Origin: an uncultured Candidatus Saccharibacteria bacterium
GTDB lineage: Bacteria > Patescibacteriota > Minisyncoccia > Phycocordibacterales > UBA2100
Direction: 5' to 3'
NCBI GenBank assembly: GCA_964589005.1
Contig: CAZPQI010000003.1
Coordinates: 1-46,870 of the forward strand
DNA: 46,870 bases
Part shown: positions 19,399-27,996 of the stretch, in pieces
Position numbering within the stretch: position 1 is the first letter of the stretch
How the letters are laid out: the number at the start of each line of letters is the position of its first letter
Notes under the pieces: model-generated
Database searches by the model: none
The model's input: the letters and a program-made list of their open reading frames with translations, nothing else
Told to the model about the DNA's origin: nothing
Made by a program: the position numbers and the translations under genes

Positions 19399-20511
19399 AT
19401 GCAAAAACTAAAAGAACTAATTTTTAATTTTGATTGGTCGCTCAAGTCGATCATTAAACTCGCGGTGGCATCGATTGTAATTGTAGTTGCTATCGCTATT
19501 GTGCTAGGTGTACTAAGTAGCGTCGCTAGAAACATTTTCGGGTACAGTGGAGGAAGTGATTATGATCGTTATGGTAACGAATCCAGTTTTGTACAAGAAT
19601 TTGTTGGTGGTATAGGAGGTTCGTTTGGTTTTGAAGGTGTCTCGAACTCTAAGGCAGGTTTTGCAACACGAGGACTTGCGGTATCACAAGACAGCGCATT
19701 ATCTGAACCTAGTTTTCTTCCACCTGTCTTTCCTGACGAAGGGGGAGGTGATGCGGAAGACTACGAACGACGCAACTACAACGCTCGCTACGAAACTCGG
19801 CGCTTCGAAGAAACCTGTACAGCAATTAGCGACCTTAAGCCTCTTGAGTATGTTGTGTTTAATAATTCCAGCAAGAGCGAAAACTGGTGTAACTACGCAT
19901 TTCGTGTGGAGGTTGAGTATGAGGACGATATCGTTGCGAAACTTAAAGCGTTGGATCCCCGTGATTTCAACATAAATACAAGCACTATTGAGCGAAGTAT
20001 TGAATACAGCGATAGCGAACTGGTGATGCAAAAGCGACGCTTAGCTTCGACGCAAGAAACTCTTAATCAAGCAGAAATTGCATTTAATAGCCTTATTGCT
20101 CGCGCAACGCGTGAAGGGGATACCAAAACTCTTTCGGAGGTTATAAATAATAAGATTTCAACTATTGATCGCCTCACACAGCAACTTTTAAACACACAAG
20201 AGCGTATTGATCGGCTCAGCAAAGGTCGCGGCGATCAGCTTGAACAAATAGAATATGCAAACTTTAACGTTTCTGTTTCGAAAACTACGTTCCTAGATGG
20301 ACAACGTTTTGCAGATGAGTGGAAAGAAAGAACACAGCAACTTTTCCTTAAGGTAAATGCTACGTTACTTGCGCTTACAGTAGGGCTTATATCATTTGCA
20401 CTTAGTGCTATCGAATTCATTGTGTTTGCAGCAATTGCCGTTGTGGGAGTCACTATTTTTGCAAAAGCTATGTGGGTAGTGGTAAAGCGAATCTGGCGCT
20501 GGAGACGTTAA
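19399..20511 (+). CDS. DUF4349-like membrane-anchored coiled-coil protein
   Basis: N- and C-terminal TM segments, central coiled coil, 'IEYANFNVSV' segment typical of the family. Confidence 0.6.
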   Translation: MQKLKELIFNFDWSLKSIIKLAVASIVIVVAIAIVLGVLSSVARNIFGYSGGSDYDRYGNESSFVQEFVGGIGGSFGFEGVSNSKAGFATRGLAVSQDSALSEPSFLPPVFPDEGGGDAEDYERRNYNARYETRRFEETCTAISDLKPLEYVVFNNSSKSENWCNYAFRVEVEYEDDIVAKLKALDPRDFNINTSTIERSIEYSDSELVMQKRRLASTQETLNQAEIAFNSLIARATREGDTKTLSEVINNKISTIDRLTQQLLNTQERIDRLSKGRGDQLEQIEYANFNVSVSKTTFLDGQRFADEWKERTQQLFLKVNATLLALTVGLISFALSAIEFIVFAAIAVVGVTIFAKAMWVVVKRIWRWRR

Positions 20512-20526
20512 AAGTTGATATACGAA

Positions 20527-21252
20527 CTAATCAACATCTGCAGTAGTGGTCGAGTCGCCACTATCTACTTTCTGCGAGCGAAATATTTTTTTGTACATCG
20601 TTGGTGCAAGTGCAAGTGCTCCTAGTAATGTAAATGCAAAAAGTATATTGAGAGAGAGAACGTCTTTTACGCTTTCCAGAGATGCAATTTGCTGACCTGC
20701 AAATGCGTACGCAAATGATCCAGGTAAGATACCGAGCGATGTTACCCATACAAACGTACGCAGTGGTATACGCGTAAGACCCGAAAGGAGGTTAACCAGA
20801 AAGAAAGGGAATACTGGAATAAAACGCAGTGTGAATAAATATGAGACGGCATTCTTTTCCATTTCTTCATTAACAGATGCTAGTTGGGTGGCATACTTTT
20901 CCTGCAAGGTGACGCCAAGAACAAAACGCGCTGCAAGAAACGAAAGAGTTGCGCCAAGAGTTGCCCCAACGTTTGTAAGTAGTGTTCCTAGCACCGCACC
21001 AAACAATGCTCCTGATGTAAGCGTGAGTATAGTAGCTCCAGGAATAGAAAAACCTATAACGATGACGTATACAATGATAAAAATGAGCCCCGAGAGTATT
21101 GGGTAGAGAGCAGTGTAATTTTTAAGGGCAACGATGGCGTCTTGGACTGAGGTTAGAGAAAGGTACTCATCAACACCGATTAGCTTTGCTACAATGAATG
21201 TACCGATAAATAGTATGACGATGCTTATTTTAAAAAAAGTAGTGCGGGACAT
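20527..21252 (-). CDS. TVP38/TMEM64 (VTT/DedA superfamily) membrane protein
   Basis: IPGATILTLTSGALFG, GATLSFLAAR, LRFIPVFPF.LVN. Confidence 0.9.
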   Translation of the reverse strand: MSRTTFFKISIVILFIGTFIVAKLIGVDEYLSLTSVQDAIVALKNYTALYPILSGLIFIIVYVIVIGFSIPGATILTLTSGALFGAVLGTLLTNVGATLGATLSFLAARFVLGVTLQEKYATQLASVNEEMEKNAVSYLFTLRFIPVFPFFLVNLLSGLTRIPLRTFVWVTSLGILPGSFAYAFAGQQIASLESVKDVLSLNILFAFTLLGALALAPTMYKKIFRSQKVDSGDSTTTADVD

Positions 21253-21321
21253 AACAAGTATTTTGGATATTAACAATTAGCATGTATGCTAGCATGAATA
21301 TATGAGCATACACACATACAT

Positions 21322-21891
21322 ATGAACAACATTCACATTATTCAATATACATGGGCAGGATCGTGGGGACCTTTTAAAATAAGCGTTCAATGTGGAGAGT
21401 GCGGTCTTACCGAAGGTATTATTCGTGATGTTCTAGAAAACGAATTCACCGATGAACCAATTACATTCGAAACAAAAGAATGGTTGCCAAACTGGTGGCG
21501 CGTAATTTTTAAGGGTGGGTGGCACGCTCCTATAGTTACACTCAACGGACGCGTTATCGCACAGGGGGCGGTAATTGACAGGGGGTTACTTGCCGCACGT
21601 ATTCGCGAAGCACTTGTGCATGTTGCCGAACCAACGGGAACAGTTATGTTTTCAAAAGAGGGTTGTTCACATTGCACGCGTGGGAAGGAATTGCTTGAAG
21701 GTGCTGGTATAGCATACAAAACACGTAACGTTGTAACTGACCCTCTAGCTGCAAAACAAATGTTTGTAGCTGCAAAAAGACATATCGGAAATACTACTCC
21801 AGTGACACTTCCTCAGATTTGGATTGACGGAGTGTACGTTGGTGGCACTAAAGAACTCGAAGAATATTTAAAGAAAGCACCTACACACTAG
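21322..21891 (+). CDS. Two-domain thioredoxin-like/glutaredoxin protein
   Basis: CGEC and CSHC motifs, TLPQIWIDGVYVGG. Confidence 0.8.
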   Translation: MNNIHIIQYTWAGSWGPFKISVQCGECGLTEGIIRDVLENEFTDEPITFETKEWLPNWWRVIFKGGWHAPIVTLNGRVIAQGAVIDRGLLAARIREALVHVAEPTGTVMFSKEGCSHCTRGKELLEGAGIAYKTRNVVTDPLAAKQMFVAAKRHIGNTTPVTLPQIWIDGVYVGGTKELEEYLKKAPTH

Positions 21892-21925
21892 GTTGAGGCG
21901 TTCTAGTTCTCTCTTACGTCACGTA

Positions 21926-22693
21926 TTACTTGTATTCGTTGCGTAGCGGAGCGCTTTTCACAATTTCCAATATTTCGTCATCATCGTCAGTAATAGTAAA
22001 GAGGTCGAAGTCTTCGGCAGAAACAGTTTCAAATTTTTCAAGAAGCAATTCTCGGCAGAGGTTTATTATTGGATCCCAATAGTCTTTTCCAACCAAGATA
22101 ATAGGAACTTTTGGCATTTTGTTTGTTTGCACAAGCGTGACTAATTCAAAAAATTCGTCGAGTGTCCCAAATCCTCCAGGGAAGTAGAGGTACACCTCGG
22201 CAGAAAAGAACATAGTGACTTTTCGTGTATAGAAATAGTGGAAATTTACTCCATGCGTAACATACGGGTTAATGATTTGCTCCATTGGAAGTTCGATATT
22301 GAAACCAACAGACGAACCGCACGTTTCTTTTGCGCCGTGGTTTCCAGCTTGCATAATACCTGGTCCGCCACCAGTCACTACAGTGAATCCTTCCTTGCAA
22401 ATACGCTCACTAATCCCTTTTGCTTTTTGGTAGTATGGATGCTCTTCAGGGAAACGTGCTGAGCCGAAAAAAGTTACCGATTTAGGAAATTTTCGTATGG
22501 CATGGAATCCATTAAGTAGTTCCACTTCTGCGCGCGCGGCGCGCGCATGAAGCTCTTCTTCAATATCAGTATCCATCTTATGTGGGCCCGTTAATGATGC
22601 TTCGGGTACGTTTATAGTTTTTTTGTTTGGGTCGTGCTGAATTTCAAACTCATGTGCGTGTTTCCCAAGCGGATGTTTTTCTTCTTCTGTCAT
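21926..22693 (-). CDS. LOG family (TIGR00730) nucleotide phosphoribohydrolase
   Basis: VTFFGSAR, TGGGPGIM, PGGFGTLDE. Confidence 0.92.
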   Translation of the reverse strand: MTEEEKHPLGKHAHEFEIQHDPNKKTINVPEASLTGPHKMDTDIEEELHARAARAEVELLNGFHAIRKFPKSVTFFGSARFPEEHPYYQKAKGISERICKEGFTVVTGGGPGIMQAGNHGAKETCGSSVGFNIELPMEQIINPYVTHGVNFHYFYTRKVTMFFSAEVYLYFPGGFGTLDEFFELVTLVQTNKMPKVPIILVGKDYWDPIINLCRELLLEKFETVSAEDFDLFTITDDDDEILEIVKSAPLRNEYK

Positions 22694-22747
22694 AATCGTG
22701 CATTATACATGTAAATTTAAAATTGGTGGAAGAATTCCTAAAATATG

Positions 22748-22785
22748 AAAATGGTTGCCTTTCTACGTAGAAAGGCAACCATTTT
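22748..22785. repeat. Perfect 38-bp loop-less palindrome
   Basis: aaaatggttgcctttctac|gtagaaaggcaaccatttt. Confidence 0.9.
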
Positions 22786-22805
22786 TTATGTGTGCATCGG
22801 CAATT

Positions 22806-23168
22806 TCAGCCTTTGGATTTATAGAGTTCTTCAGCACATGCCTCTGCAACACTTCTTGTCGCTGACACATTTCCCGAAAATTTAGGCCAGGTGCCTTTTT
22901 CGATAAGTGAAGTTCGGTTCCAACCTGAGCTCTCCTTTTTTAGGGCGGCCAGATTTTCATCGTAATTTTTGGCAGCTCTGAACCTTTTGACGCAAACGGG
23001 AGTCAGTGCTTGTGTTACCGCGGTTCTTGCTGTTTTTTCTGCAAGACTCTTGGCACCGCCAGCGGTATACCAATCACCCCACATGAAACCGAGCGCGGCA
23101 GCTCCAACGCCACCAAATAATACAGCAACGATTACGTTTCCAGTCGTAAAAGATCTTTTCTCAGCCAT
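22806..23168 (-). CDS. Hypothetical membrane-anchored protein
   Basis: ATG 23168 preceded by an AGGAGA SD; N-terminal TM segment, two Cys. Confidence 0.7.
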   Translation of the reverse strand: MAEKRSFTTGNVIVAVLFGGVGAAALGFMWGDWYTAGGAKSLAEKTARTAVTQALTPVCVKRFRAAKNYDENLAALKKESSGWNRTSLIEKGTWPKFSGNVSATRSVAEACAEELYKSKG

Positions 23169-23284
23169 GAGAAATCTCCTGTTGTTTAGCGAGAGGAATC
23201 CCTCACCTTCTAAAATGAGTGTGACATAGAAAAGAGCCCTGCGCCATTGAAATGACACTTTTGGCGTGTGGTATAGTGTTTTGA

Positions 23285-23839
23285 ATGAGTGTCGAGGATA
23301 CACAGAAAATACAAGAAATACTTTCGTTTTGGTTTGAAGAAGTGACCTCGAAACAGAAGTTTGTAAAAGACCCTGAGTTTGACGCGCTAGTAAGCGAGAA
23401 GTTTAAAGATGTCTACTGGGAAATAGTACGTGGTGAAACCAAAGATTGGAGAAAGACACCCGAAGGGCGACTTGCAGAAGTTATTGTACTCGATCAGTTT
23501 GCGCGCAACATGTTTCGTGATGAGGCACAGTGTTTTTCGGGAGATGTTTTGGCACTAAAGCTTGCGAAAGAAGCAGTATCGGTAGGAGATGATAAAAAGG
23601 TGCTAGAAGAACAGAGAGTATTTTTCTATATGCCGTATATGCACAGCGAGTCGAAAGAAATCCACAAAAAAGCATTAAAGATTTTCACTGAATATGGGAA
23701 CGAGAATAATTTAAAATACGAAATATCACATAAAAAAATCATTGATCGTTTCGGTCGCTATCCACATCGAAACGAATTACTAGGACGCGAATCTACACCC
23801 GAAGAGATAGAATTTTTGAAAGAACACTCGGGGTTTTAA
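23285..23839 (+). CDS. DUF924 family protein
   Basis: ILSFWF, IVLDQFARNMFR, FFYMPYMHSE, RFGRYPHRN. Confidence 0.92.
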   Translation: MSVEDTQKIQEILSFWFEEVTSKQKFVKDPEFDALVSEKFKDVYWEIVRGETKDWRKTPEGRLAEVIVLDQFARNMFRDEAQCFSGDVLALKLAKEAVSVGDDKKVLEEQRVFFYMPYMHSESKEIHKKALKIFTEYGNENNLKYEISHKKIIDRFGRYPHRNELLGRESTPEEIEFLKEHSGF

Positions 23840-23889
23840 ATATAAAAAAAGACCACTGGCGAACCATATGGTCTTTTTTACAGATTGTC

Positions 23890-24171
23890 TTAAAGCCTAA
23901 AGTAGATTGTTGAGATGACGGTTATAAAAGTTACGACAGCTGCTGCAAAGTTACTCAACATAAGAGGTGAACTTCTTAGGAAAAATCCATGCGCGCTAAA
24001 TCCTGTCTGTATGAAGAAAAGAATTACAAGGGTGAAAACTGATATTCCCTCAGTAACATTTGTTTCCCAGATCTTCAACAACTGTGGAACCATAAAAAAA
24101 GGGTTTACAATTCCTACAATCCAAATAATGCGTTCCCAACAAATCTTTTCTGCAATTTGCTCACGGGTCAT
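23890..24171 (-). CDS. SemiSWEET/PQ-loop small transporter
   Basis: 93 aa with about 3 TM segments, VPQLLKIW...TEGIS. Confidence 0.75.
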   Translation of the reverse strand: MTREQIAEKICWERIIWIVGIVNPFFMVPQLLKIWETNVTEGISVFTLVILFFIQTGFSAHGFFLRSSPLMLSNFAAAVVTFITVISTIYFRL

Positions 24172-24270
24172 TAATACGTCCTTCTGTTAGATAGCCTATA
24201 AGAATTGATACTATGTATACGCCATAAAGTCAATTTCTCGCAATGGTTCAATAGCTTGGCAACACTCAAG

Positions 24271-24298
24271 TACAACAGACAGTTAACTGTCTGTTGTA
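24271..24298. repeat. Perfect 28-bp loop-less palindrome, TA-bounded, centre CAGTT|AACTG
   Basis: tacaacagacagtt|aactgtctgttgta. Confidence 0.9.
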
Positions 24299-24336
24299 TG
24301 ACTGAACATACATAATGTTGGGGAAGAATCAAAAGG

Positions 24337-24383
24337 CTACGCCCGAGGAATTAGAGTTTTTGAAGGAATACTCTAGATTTTAA
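24337..24383 (+). pseudogene. Displaced, diverged copy of the DUF924 gene 3' end
   Basis: Encodes TPEELEFLKEYSRF* versus TPEEIEFLKEHSGF* at 23793-23839. Confidence 0.75.
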
Positions 24384-24386
24384 AAA

Positions 24387-24434
24387 ATAATTAAATGGGT
24401 ATTTAAATGTACATTTAAATACCCATTTAATTAT
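24387..24434. repeat. Perfect 48-bp loop-less palindrome
   Basis: ataattaaatgggtatttaaatgt|acatttaaatacccatttaattat. Confidence 0.9.
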
Positions 24435-24454
24435 GCATGATATAGTAAACGTAT

Positions 24455-24628
24455 ATGGGCAGACGTTCTCTTAAAGAAAGAAATACTCGTAAACTGAGTA
24501 AACGTGACTCAAGCTACGTACTTACACTGCCAATTGAATTCATTCGTGAATTAAAATGGCGCAACAAGCAAAAGTTAGTGGTTGAAAAGAAAGGGAAGAC
24601 ACTGATAATTAAAGATTGGGAGAAGTAA
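24455..24628 (+). CDS. AbrB/MazE/SpoVT-like small DNA-binding protein (57 aa, not in ORF track)
   Basis: MGRRSLKERNTRKLSKRDSSYVLTLPIEFIRELKWRNKQKLVVEKKGKTLIIKDWEK: swapped-hairpin pattern S-x-x-x-T-L-P. Confidence 0.75.
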   Translation: MGRRSLKERNTRKLSKRDSSYVLTLPIEFIRELKWRNKQKLVVEKKGKTLIIKDWEK

Positions 24629-24674
24629 CGTGAAGGTTAATACGCTACACACGACCTGTGGAGAACTCGAATGG

Positions 24675-24694
24675 ACTAGAATGTATTTTCTAGT
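24675..24694. promoter_or_regulatory. Candidate operator for the adjacent LexA-like repressor
   Basis: ACTAGAA-N6-TTCTAGT dyad about 50 nt upstream of the start codon. Confidence 0.45.
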
Positions 24695-24742
24695 ATTATA
24701 TATGTAATTAGAAAGTTTGTAGTAATTACACAATACACAAGT

Positions 24743-25408
24743 ATGAATATCACAAAAAAACAGCACGCGGTACTCGACTATGTTCGAGCGCATATTGAAG
24801 AAAAAAGTTATTCGCCATCACTTGATGACATACGAAAGAATTTTAAATTTGCATCAGTTTCTACTGCGCATCACTATGTTACGAAGCTAAAGGAGGCGGG
24901 GTACATAGAGTGTGACGAAGGACGCTCACGTGCAATTAAAATTGTTACCGAGGAACTTCAGGACGGTTCGATTCTCAGCCCGATGGTTGTGGACAGCATC
25001 GCCATCCCCATTGTGGGAGCCGCTAACTGTGGCGCTGCGAGCCTTTTGGCAGAAGGAGAGGTAGAAGGGTATGTAAAAGTAACACGGTCACTCTTGCGCA
25101 GGCGTGATAATGTTTTTGCCGTGCAAGCCGAAGGAGATTCTATGAATCTCGCTAGTATCGACGGGAAGAATATTGAAGAAGGTGACTATGTGTTGATAGA
25201 TTTTCAAAATATTGATCCAAAAGATGGCGATTATGTACTCTCGGTTATCGACGGATGTGCAAACTTAAAGAAGTTTTACAATGACCCAAAGACTGGAACA
25301 ATTGCACTTATACCAGAATCAGACAACAAGGCGCACAAGCCAATCTTTATTTCGAGTGAAGACGACTTTATGATAAATGGTAAAATTATTGCGGTTATAA
25401 AGAAGTAA
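24743..25408 (+). CDS. lexA: LexA-family repressor (winged HTH + S24 peptidase)
   Basis: ITKKQ..VLDY...YSPSLDDI...FASVSTAHHYV..L...GYI; ANCG cleavage site; GDSM serine and NLKK lysine. Confidence 0.85.
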   Translation: MNITKKQHAVLDYVRAHIEEKSYSPSLDDIRKNFKFASVSTAHHYVTKLKEAGYIECDEGRSRAIKIVTEELQDGSILSPMVVDSIAIPIVGAANCGAASLLAEGEVEGYVKVTRSLLRRRDNVFAVQAEGDSMNLASIDGKNIEEGDYVLIDFQNIDPKDGDYVLSVIDGCANLKKFYNDPKTGTIALIPESDNKAHKPIFISSEDDFMINGKIIAVIKK

Positions 25409-25418
25409 GTGAATTCAT

Positions 25419-25967
25419 ATGACAGTAATTAACTTTTCAGGACACGAAATAAATAATAAGACAGTACCTGCTCTGATGGGTGTAATATCCAATGAAATTA
25501 ACGATGGCGTAGAAGAAATAACTTTAGCGTTTTCTTCACCAGGTGGTCAGGTTACTGAAGGTATCGCATTATATAACTTCTTGAAAGGTGTGCCGGCGAA
25601 ACTAACTGTGCATAATATAGGACAAGTTGATTCGATAGCGAACGTTATTTTTATGGCTGGCGACGAACGGTTAGCTGTCCCAACGAGTTCTTTTTTCTTT
25701 CACGATGTTGGTATAACCGTTAACGGTAACATTAGACTCATTGAGGAGAATCTTAACGAACAACTCTCTATAATCAGGAGAGATCGCAAGAAGATTATTG
25801 ACGTCATGACTGCCGACTCTGACATTTCCGAGAAGCGATTGAATGAATTGTTTTTGCATAGTGAATCAATTACACCACAAGAAGCTAAAGATAATGACAT
25901 TATACATGATATTAGGGCATTTGTGATACCTAAGGGAGAAAAAATACTAACTCTGAATTTTCAATAG
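25419..25967 (+). CDS. ClpP-like (S14) peptidase, accessory type
   Basis: FSSPGGQV..GIALYN, VDSIANVIFMAG, FFFH. Confidence 0.8.
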   Translation: MTVINFSGHEINNKTVPALMGVISNEINDGVEEITLAFSSPGGQVTEGIALYNFLKGVPAKLTVHNIGQVDSIANVIFMAGDERLAVPTSSFFFHDVGITVNGNIRLIEENLNEQLSIIRRDRKKIIDVMTADSDISEKRLNELFLHSESITPQEAKDNDIIHDIRAFVIPKGEKILTLNFQ

Positions 25968-26015
25968 GATGCTACGAATTGATGGTTTGTGTTGTGGTTG
26001 ACAACACTTTCTCTT

Positions 26016-26045
26016 AGGTGGGGGCTTTTCACCACAAGTTGCTAA
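26016..26045 (-). repeat. Partial direct repeat of the tmRNA-linked element end (att-like)
   Basis: aggtgggggcttttcaccacaagttgctaa matches 27801-27830 at 29/30. Confidence 0.85.
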
Positions 26046-26092
26046 TAGAACCAGTGGTTGAAAGAGTGTATTTATAGGAGTAGAGTAATTAT

Positions 26093-26380
26093 ATGGAAAT
26101 TATAATTGCAATAATTGCCACATGGATATTGCTACATTTTTATGTGTATGACCACAAATCCCAGATTAAACGTTTATGGAAAGAGATTTTCAAATATGCT
26201 CATGAAATTGGCAAATTCAAAAAAATGGAAGAAGAACACGGGAGTATCATGGAGGCTCCAGATTTTCTTATACGAAGGAAGGATAGGACAGGAAAATTAA
26301 TTAATGCTTTATTAGATTATCACTATTCAGACTCGGAAGAGGAGGAAGATTTGGAGTATATAAATGGTAATTCATATTAA
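26093..26380 (+). CDS. Hypothetical protein with N-terminal TM segment
   Basis: 95-aa ORF with AGGAG upstream, AT-rich. Confidence 0.6.
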   Translation: MEIIIAIIATWILLHFYVYDHKSQIKRLWKEIFKYAHEIGKFKKMEEEHGSIMEAPDFLIRRKDRTGKLINALLDYHYSDSEEEEDLEYINGNSY

Positions 26381-26513
26381 ATTAAGTAATGAGCTGGCTT
26401 AAAGAAAACTAGATTCAAACCTAATAAACTTAACTCAACTTTGAAAACTTGAATTAAATCAATTTTTTCAAATAAATGTTGTTAGTAGAGTTATATAGGG
26501 GTATATTCATTAC

Positions 26514-27746
26514 ATGAGAAGTAAACTGTTTACAAAGAAAGGGTTTGTTTCTGTCCTGGTTTTAACGCTGATGATTCCTCAGGCAGTCTTTGCTGCTTGG
26601 TGGAACCCTTTTAGTTGGGAAATGTTTGCTTGGCTGCCGTGGGCCACTGAACAAGTGATTCAAATTGAGAAGAATCCAGGTATGTCGATTCTGATCCCAG
26701 AAGCAGAAGCTGATTTAGATACCATGTCCGAGCTGGCACAAATTCGAGAGGAATTGGCAAAAGAAAGAGCTGCTCGACTTAGTCTTGAGCAAAAGGTGAA
26801 CGCAAGAGGAGCTATTCAGACAGAAGCACCAAGGCAGGTTGCGACTCAAAAGCCCAAAACAAGCTCTAAGAAGGACGATGATAAGTCTAAGGTATTTAGC
26901 ACACCAAGTGGAGCGTTAATTGACGCAGATGGAAATGTTATTTCAGGCTCTGAAAAAGACACTGAAGATATAGTTGTAAAGACAGGAGTGCTTACAGGCG
27001 AAGAAGTATATGCCCGCGTTGCGCCTTCCGTTGTGCTTGTAGAGTCGTCTGCTGGACACGGCTCAGGCTTCTTGGTGGAAGGAGGTAAATACACGATGAC
27101 TAATGCGCATGTAGTGGGTAATGATGAGTTCGTCAGATTGACGCTTCAAGATGGTTCTAGATTTGACGCACCAGTTTTAGGTAAAAATGAATCAGCAGAT
27201 ATTGCTTTAGTTTTTAACCTTTACCAAACCAGTAAATCTGTCTCATATGGAGGCACAGATGTATATAGTTTAGGCACTGGTGCCACGGTTTTTGCGTTAG
27301 GGTATCCTGAAACTTTGACCAAAAACATTACTTTTACTCAGGGAATAGTTTCTGCGAATCGCCAGGAGTGGATGGGGCGTTCTTCCATTCAAACAGACGC
27401 TCTCATTCATAAAGGTAATAGCGGTGGGCCTTTGGTAAATAACAAAGGGGAAGTAGTTGGAATTAATACTTGGGCTTTATTGGGTGGAGGTAGTGGTCTG
27501 GGGTTTGCAATTCCTATAGACTATGCGGTCTCTTGGATACCATCGTTGACGCAATACGGACAAAGTCGATATGAAGTGTATCCAATAGGGAGCACTCTGA
27601 CTATGAAAAAAAGCGTTCGTGACCGCTTCGCACAGAACCCTCAGTTGTCATGTGGGAAGTTATTCCAATTCGCAGAAGAAAATGTAAAGTTATGCGATTT
27701 GTATCGCGACTATGGGAATGACTACGACTGGAATTTTGTTGATTAG
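26514..27746 (+). CDS. Secreted trypsin-like (S1C/HtrA-like, no PDZ) serine protease
   Basis: Signal peptide followed by AWWNPFSW; triad TNAHV, ADIAL, GNSGG. Confidence 0.88.
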   Translation: MRSKLFTKKGFVSVLVLTLMIPQAVFAAWWNPFSWEMFAWLPWATEQVIQIEKNPGMSILIPEAEADLDTMSELAQIREELAKERAARLSLEQKVNARGAIQTEAPRQVATQKPKTSSKKDDDKSKVFSTPSGALIDADGNVISGSEKDTEDIVVKTGVLTGEEVYARVAPSVVLVESSAGHGSGFLVEGGKYTMTNAHVVGNDEFVRLTLQDGSRFDAPVLGKNESADIALVFNLYQTSKSVSYGGTDVYSLGTGATVFALGYPETLTKNITFTQGIVSANRQEWMGRSSIQTDALIHKGNSGGPLVNNKGEVVGINTWALLGGGSGLGFAIPIDYAVSWIPSLTQYGQSRYEVYPIGSTLTMKKSVRDRFAQNPQLSCGKLFQFAEENVKLCDLYRDYGNDYDWNFVD

Positions 27747-27752
27747 TTAATC

Positions 27753-27791
27753 AAATAAAAGACCGCCTTAAAAGCAGGCGGTCTTTTATTT
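27753..27791. terminator. Bidirectional intrinsic terminator
   Basis: aaataaaagaccgcct...aggcggtcttttattt. Confidence 0.85.
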
Positions 27792-27796
27792 ACATT

Positions 27797-27925
27797 GTGG
27801 AGGTGGGGACTTTTCACCACAAGTTGCTAAGTATAATTTTCGTCCTTCGGACTCAATTTTACTAAGCACTCCTGGTCTGGACTCAGCCCTTCATCGTGCT
27901 TAGGCACGCGGGCTTCCGGCTGTTC
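27797..27925 (-). repeat. tmRNA/tRNA-linked structured element ending in a second tmRNA-like 3' end (CCCCACCTCCAC)
   Basis: 27809-27870 is 56/62 identical (reverse complement) to 34199-34260; both copies carry CCAGACCAG upstream. Confidence 0.8.
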
Positions 27926-27947
27926 AATTCCTACATATTCTTTAAAT

Positions 27948-27994
27948 ATGCAAAATGCACCCTCGCCTAAAGCGGCTGGGTGCATTTTGAATAT
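27948..27994 (-). terminator. Hairpin/terminator downstream of tmRNA
   Basis: caaaatgcaccc...gggtgcattttg inverted repeat. Confidence 0.65.
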
Positions 27995-27996
27995 TG

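Noticed and set aside
24743-27746. Prophage
   Set aside because: A repressor-like and a ClpP-like gene are present, but there are no integrase, terminase, portal, capsid or tail genes.
27809-27870. Canonical integron attC site
   Set aside because: It lacks RYYYAAC/GTTRRRY boxes and no intI is present, so it is kept only as an analogy.
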